This document shows positions 62,301 through 64,000 of a stretch of 64,000 nt of DNA, piece after piece; the first letter of the stretch is position 1; each line of letters starts with the position of its first letter. The position numbers were made by a program, and so were the translations under genes. Source of the DNA: Eledone cirrhosa (Eukaryota). Under the pieces are notes generated by a model. That model made no database searches and had not been told where the DNA came from. It saw only the letters and a program-made list of their open reading frames with translations. The stretch lies in the NCBI GenBank assembly GCA_964016885.1, contig OZ024758.1:32984001-33048000 (forward strand), in the 5' to 3' direction.

Positions 62301-62951
62301 CTAGCATTAAAGCCCGGTGTTGCTCGGAGTCAGTAAGTTACCAAAGTTAGGTTGCACTACCCATTTTATGGCAGCACTTTTTTGTCTGCCAGGCACTGGG
62401 TGAATGAATTGCAGACCTGGACTGCTGAAGCAGGAGCTGCGCCAGCAGTGACAATTGTAGTTTCGCCTATGGATATTATCTCTGTGCAAAGAAGTGTTGA
62501 AATTTATTGTTTCACAGTACTTGCGCAACACGCGCGTAGATGATGCCAGCCGAACAACCGAGCTGCGATGGAGTTGTTCTGCATGGTTGTCTAATGTGTG
62601 TTTTCTAAATTTAAGACAGTAGGGAGGGGTGTGATATGGGGGAGAGTTAGCTGCTGTTTCTAGCAGGTTTAGTGACCTCATAGAGGATATTATTGTGTAT
62701 AGTAAATAAACTGATACTTCTTTCTTCCACGTTCGTTGATAGATGTTTTTTAAAAAATTTATCGCTATTATTTTTGTTGTTGAATAAATCTATCTGTTGC
62801 TTTTGAATAATTGTTGTTTCTTCTGAAATGTAATAAGTTCTCTTCGTCATTGAAGTAAATAAATGTTTGACCGTTCCACACTCAAAAACAAACGTTCTCT
62901 CTCTCCCTCTCCCTCTCACTCTCTCTCTTAAAATTTGTAAGTTTAATCATC
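62301..62951 (-). mobile_element. Helitron 3' portion (5' end uncertain; may be the right arm of the palindrome)
   Basis: Minus-strand CCGAGCAACACCGGG hairpin plus CTAG|T at 62301, within (TA)n. Confidence 0.7.
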
Positions 62952-63501
62952 ATCATTATCTATAAAAGGCAGATTGTTGTTGTTGTGTGTGTGTGTGCAT
63001 GTTCCATATTTATACATTTGCACAATTTCAAACCGATTCGACTCAAAGTCTGTAAGAATGTTGTAAATGGTCTAACTTAGGTCAACGACTATTTATTAAT
63101 TTCAAACTCACCCACAATTACGGAAATAATCGATAAAACTAAATACATGACGCTTTACCCGTCTAATACAATCAGATTCCCTCTCTCTACTCCCCTTCAT
63201 CAGAGAAAGTTGCATTAAAATTCGATGAAACTACATACATGCTGCAACTTTCTCTGATGAAGGGGAGTAGAGAGAGCAAATCTGATTGTATAGAGGGGTA
63301 AAGCATCATGTATTTAGTTTTATCTATTATTTCCGTAATTGTGGGTGAGTTTGAAATAAATAATTAGTCGTTGAACTAAGTTAGACCATTTACAACATTC
63401 TTACAGACTTTGAGTCGAATCGGTTTGAAATTGTGCAAATGTATAAGAATGGATCATGCACACACAGACACAACAACAATCTGCCTTTTATAGATAATGA
63501 T
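62952..63501. repeat. 550-bp fold-back palindrome: ~260-bp arms, 28-nt spacer
   Basis: 62952-63214 is the near-perfect reverse complement of 63243-63501. Confidence 0.95.
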
Positions 63502-63657
63502 ATATATCTGTTAGAACACGAAAAGTGTGAAACAACAGAATGTTCACTTTTCGTGTTCTAACATATATGCCTAGCTTCTTCATAAATTTTTCGGGGATAG
63601 CCGTGGTGGTGGTGATCGTATGTCATTGGCTAATTTTCAACCAATCAGAGTAAGTGT

Positions 63658-63659
<2 letters not shown>

Positions 63660-63723
<64 letters not shown>

Positions 63724-64000
63724 TATTCCCCCTCTCTCTATATATATCTTACGCTTTCGCTTTACACTCCTCCCCTTCAATAACACATTTCTCCCTCTCT
63801 ATATATCTCTTCCACTGTTACTTACGCCTGTTTCTCTCTATCTGTTCCGTCTCTATATATATCTCTCTTACTCTTTCGCTTTGCACTCCTCCCCTTCAAT
63901 ACCATCTCTCCCCTCTCTATATATTTGTTACTCTATCGCTGCACGCTCCTCTCCTTCAATATATCAATTACACACGCTTTACACTCCTTTATCCCCAGCG
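63660..64000. repeat. (TA)n followed by a degenerate ~60-bp CT-rich tandem repeat
   Basis: ctcctccccttcaat-like motif recurs at ~63767, ~63887 and ~63947. Confidence 0.7.

Noticed and set aside
1-64000. A prokaryotic or phage defence/RT system
   Set aside because: There are no operon-like gene clusters. All RT/helicase similarity belongs to fragmented eukaryotic LINEs and Helitrons.

Overview
This is AT-rich eukaryotic DNA, not prokaryotic. The SINE, LINE and MITE repertoire strongly resembles coleoid cephalopod (octopus-type) genomes; that assignment is inferred from recognised repeat families, not from a database search. I see no intact host protein-coding gene, and nearly all listed ORFs are read-throughs of tandem repeats or TE debris. 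The window is a mosaic of tRNA-derived SINEs, MITEs (piggyBac-like TTAA, mariner/Tc1/pogo-like TA, hAT-like 8-bp TSD) and at least six non-autonomous Helitrons, one carrying the C-terminus of a PIF1 helicase. It also has decayed LINE fragments (RTE, Vingi/Ingi-like, R4/Dong-like), microsatellites and an 8.8-kb 20-bp satellite. The most interesting items are: (1) a minus-strand 3' splice site fused directly to a consensus 5' splice site (TTTTAG|GTGAGT), followed by an 80-nt exon with stops in all frames, a candidate recursive-splicing site; (2) a 550-bp fold-back element whose arms look like Helitron 5' ends; (3) multi-level TE nesting (SINE>hAT>Helitron; hAT>Helitron>Helitron>satellite); (4) repeated birth of tandem arrays inside four TE families; (5) a SINE/LINE pair sharing a 3' tail. 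I found no convincing novel protein-coding system. SINE and LINE boundaries are approximate.
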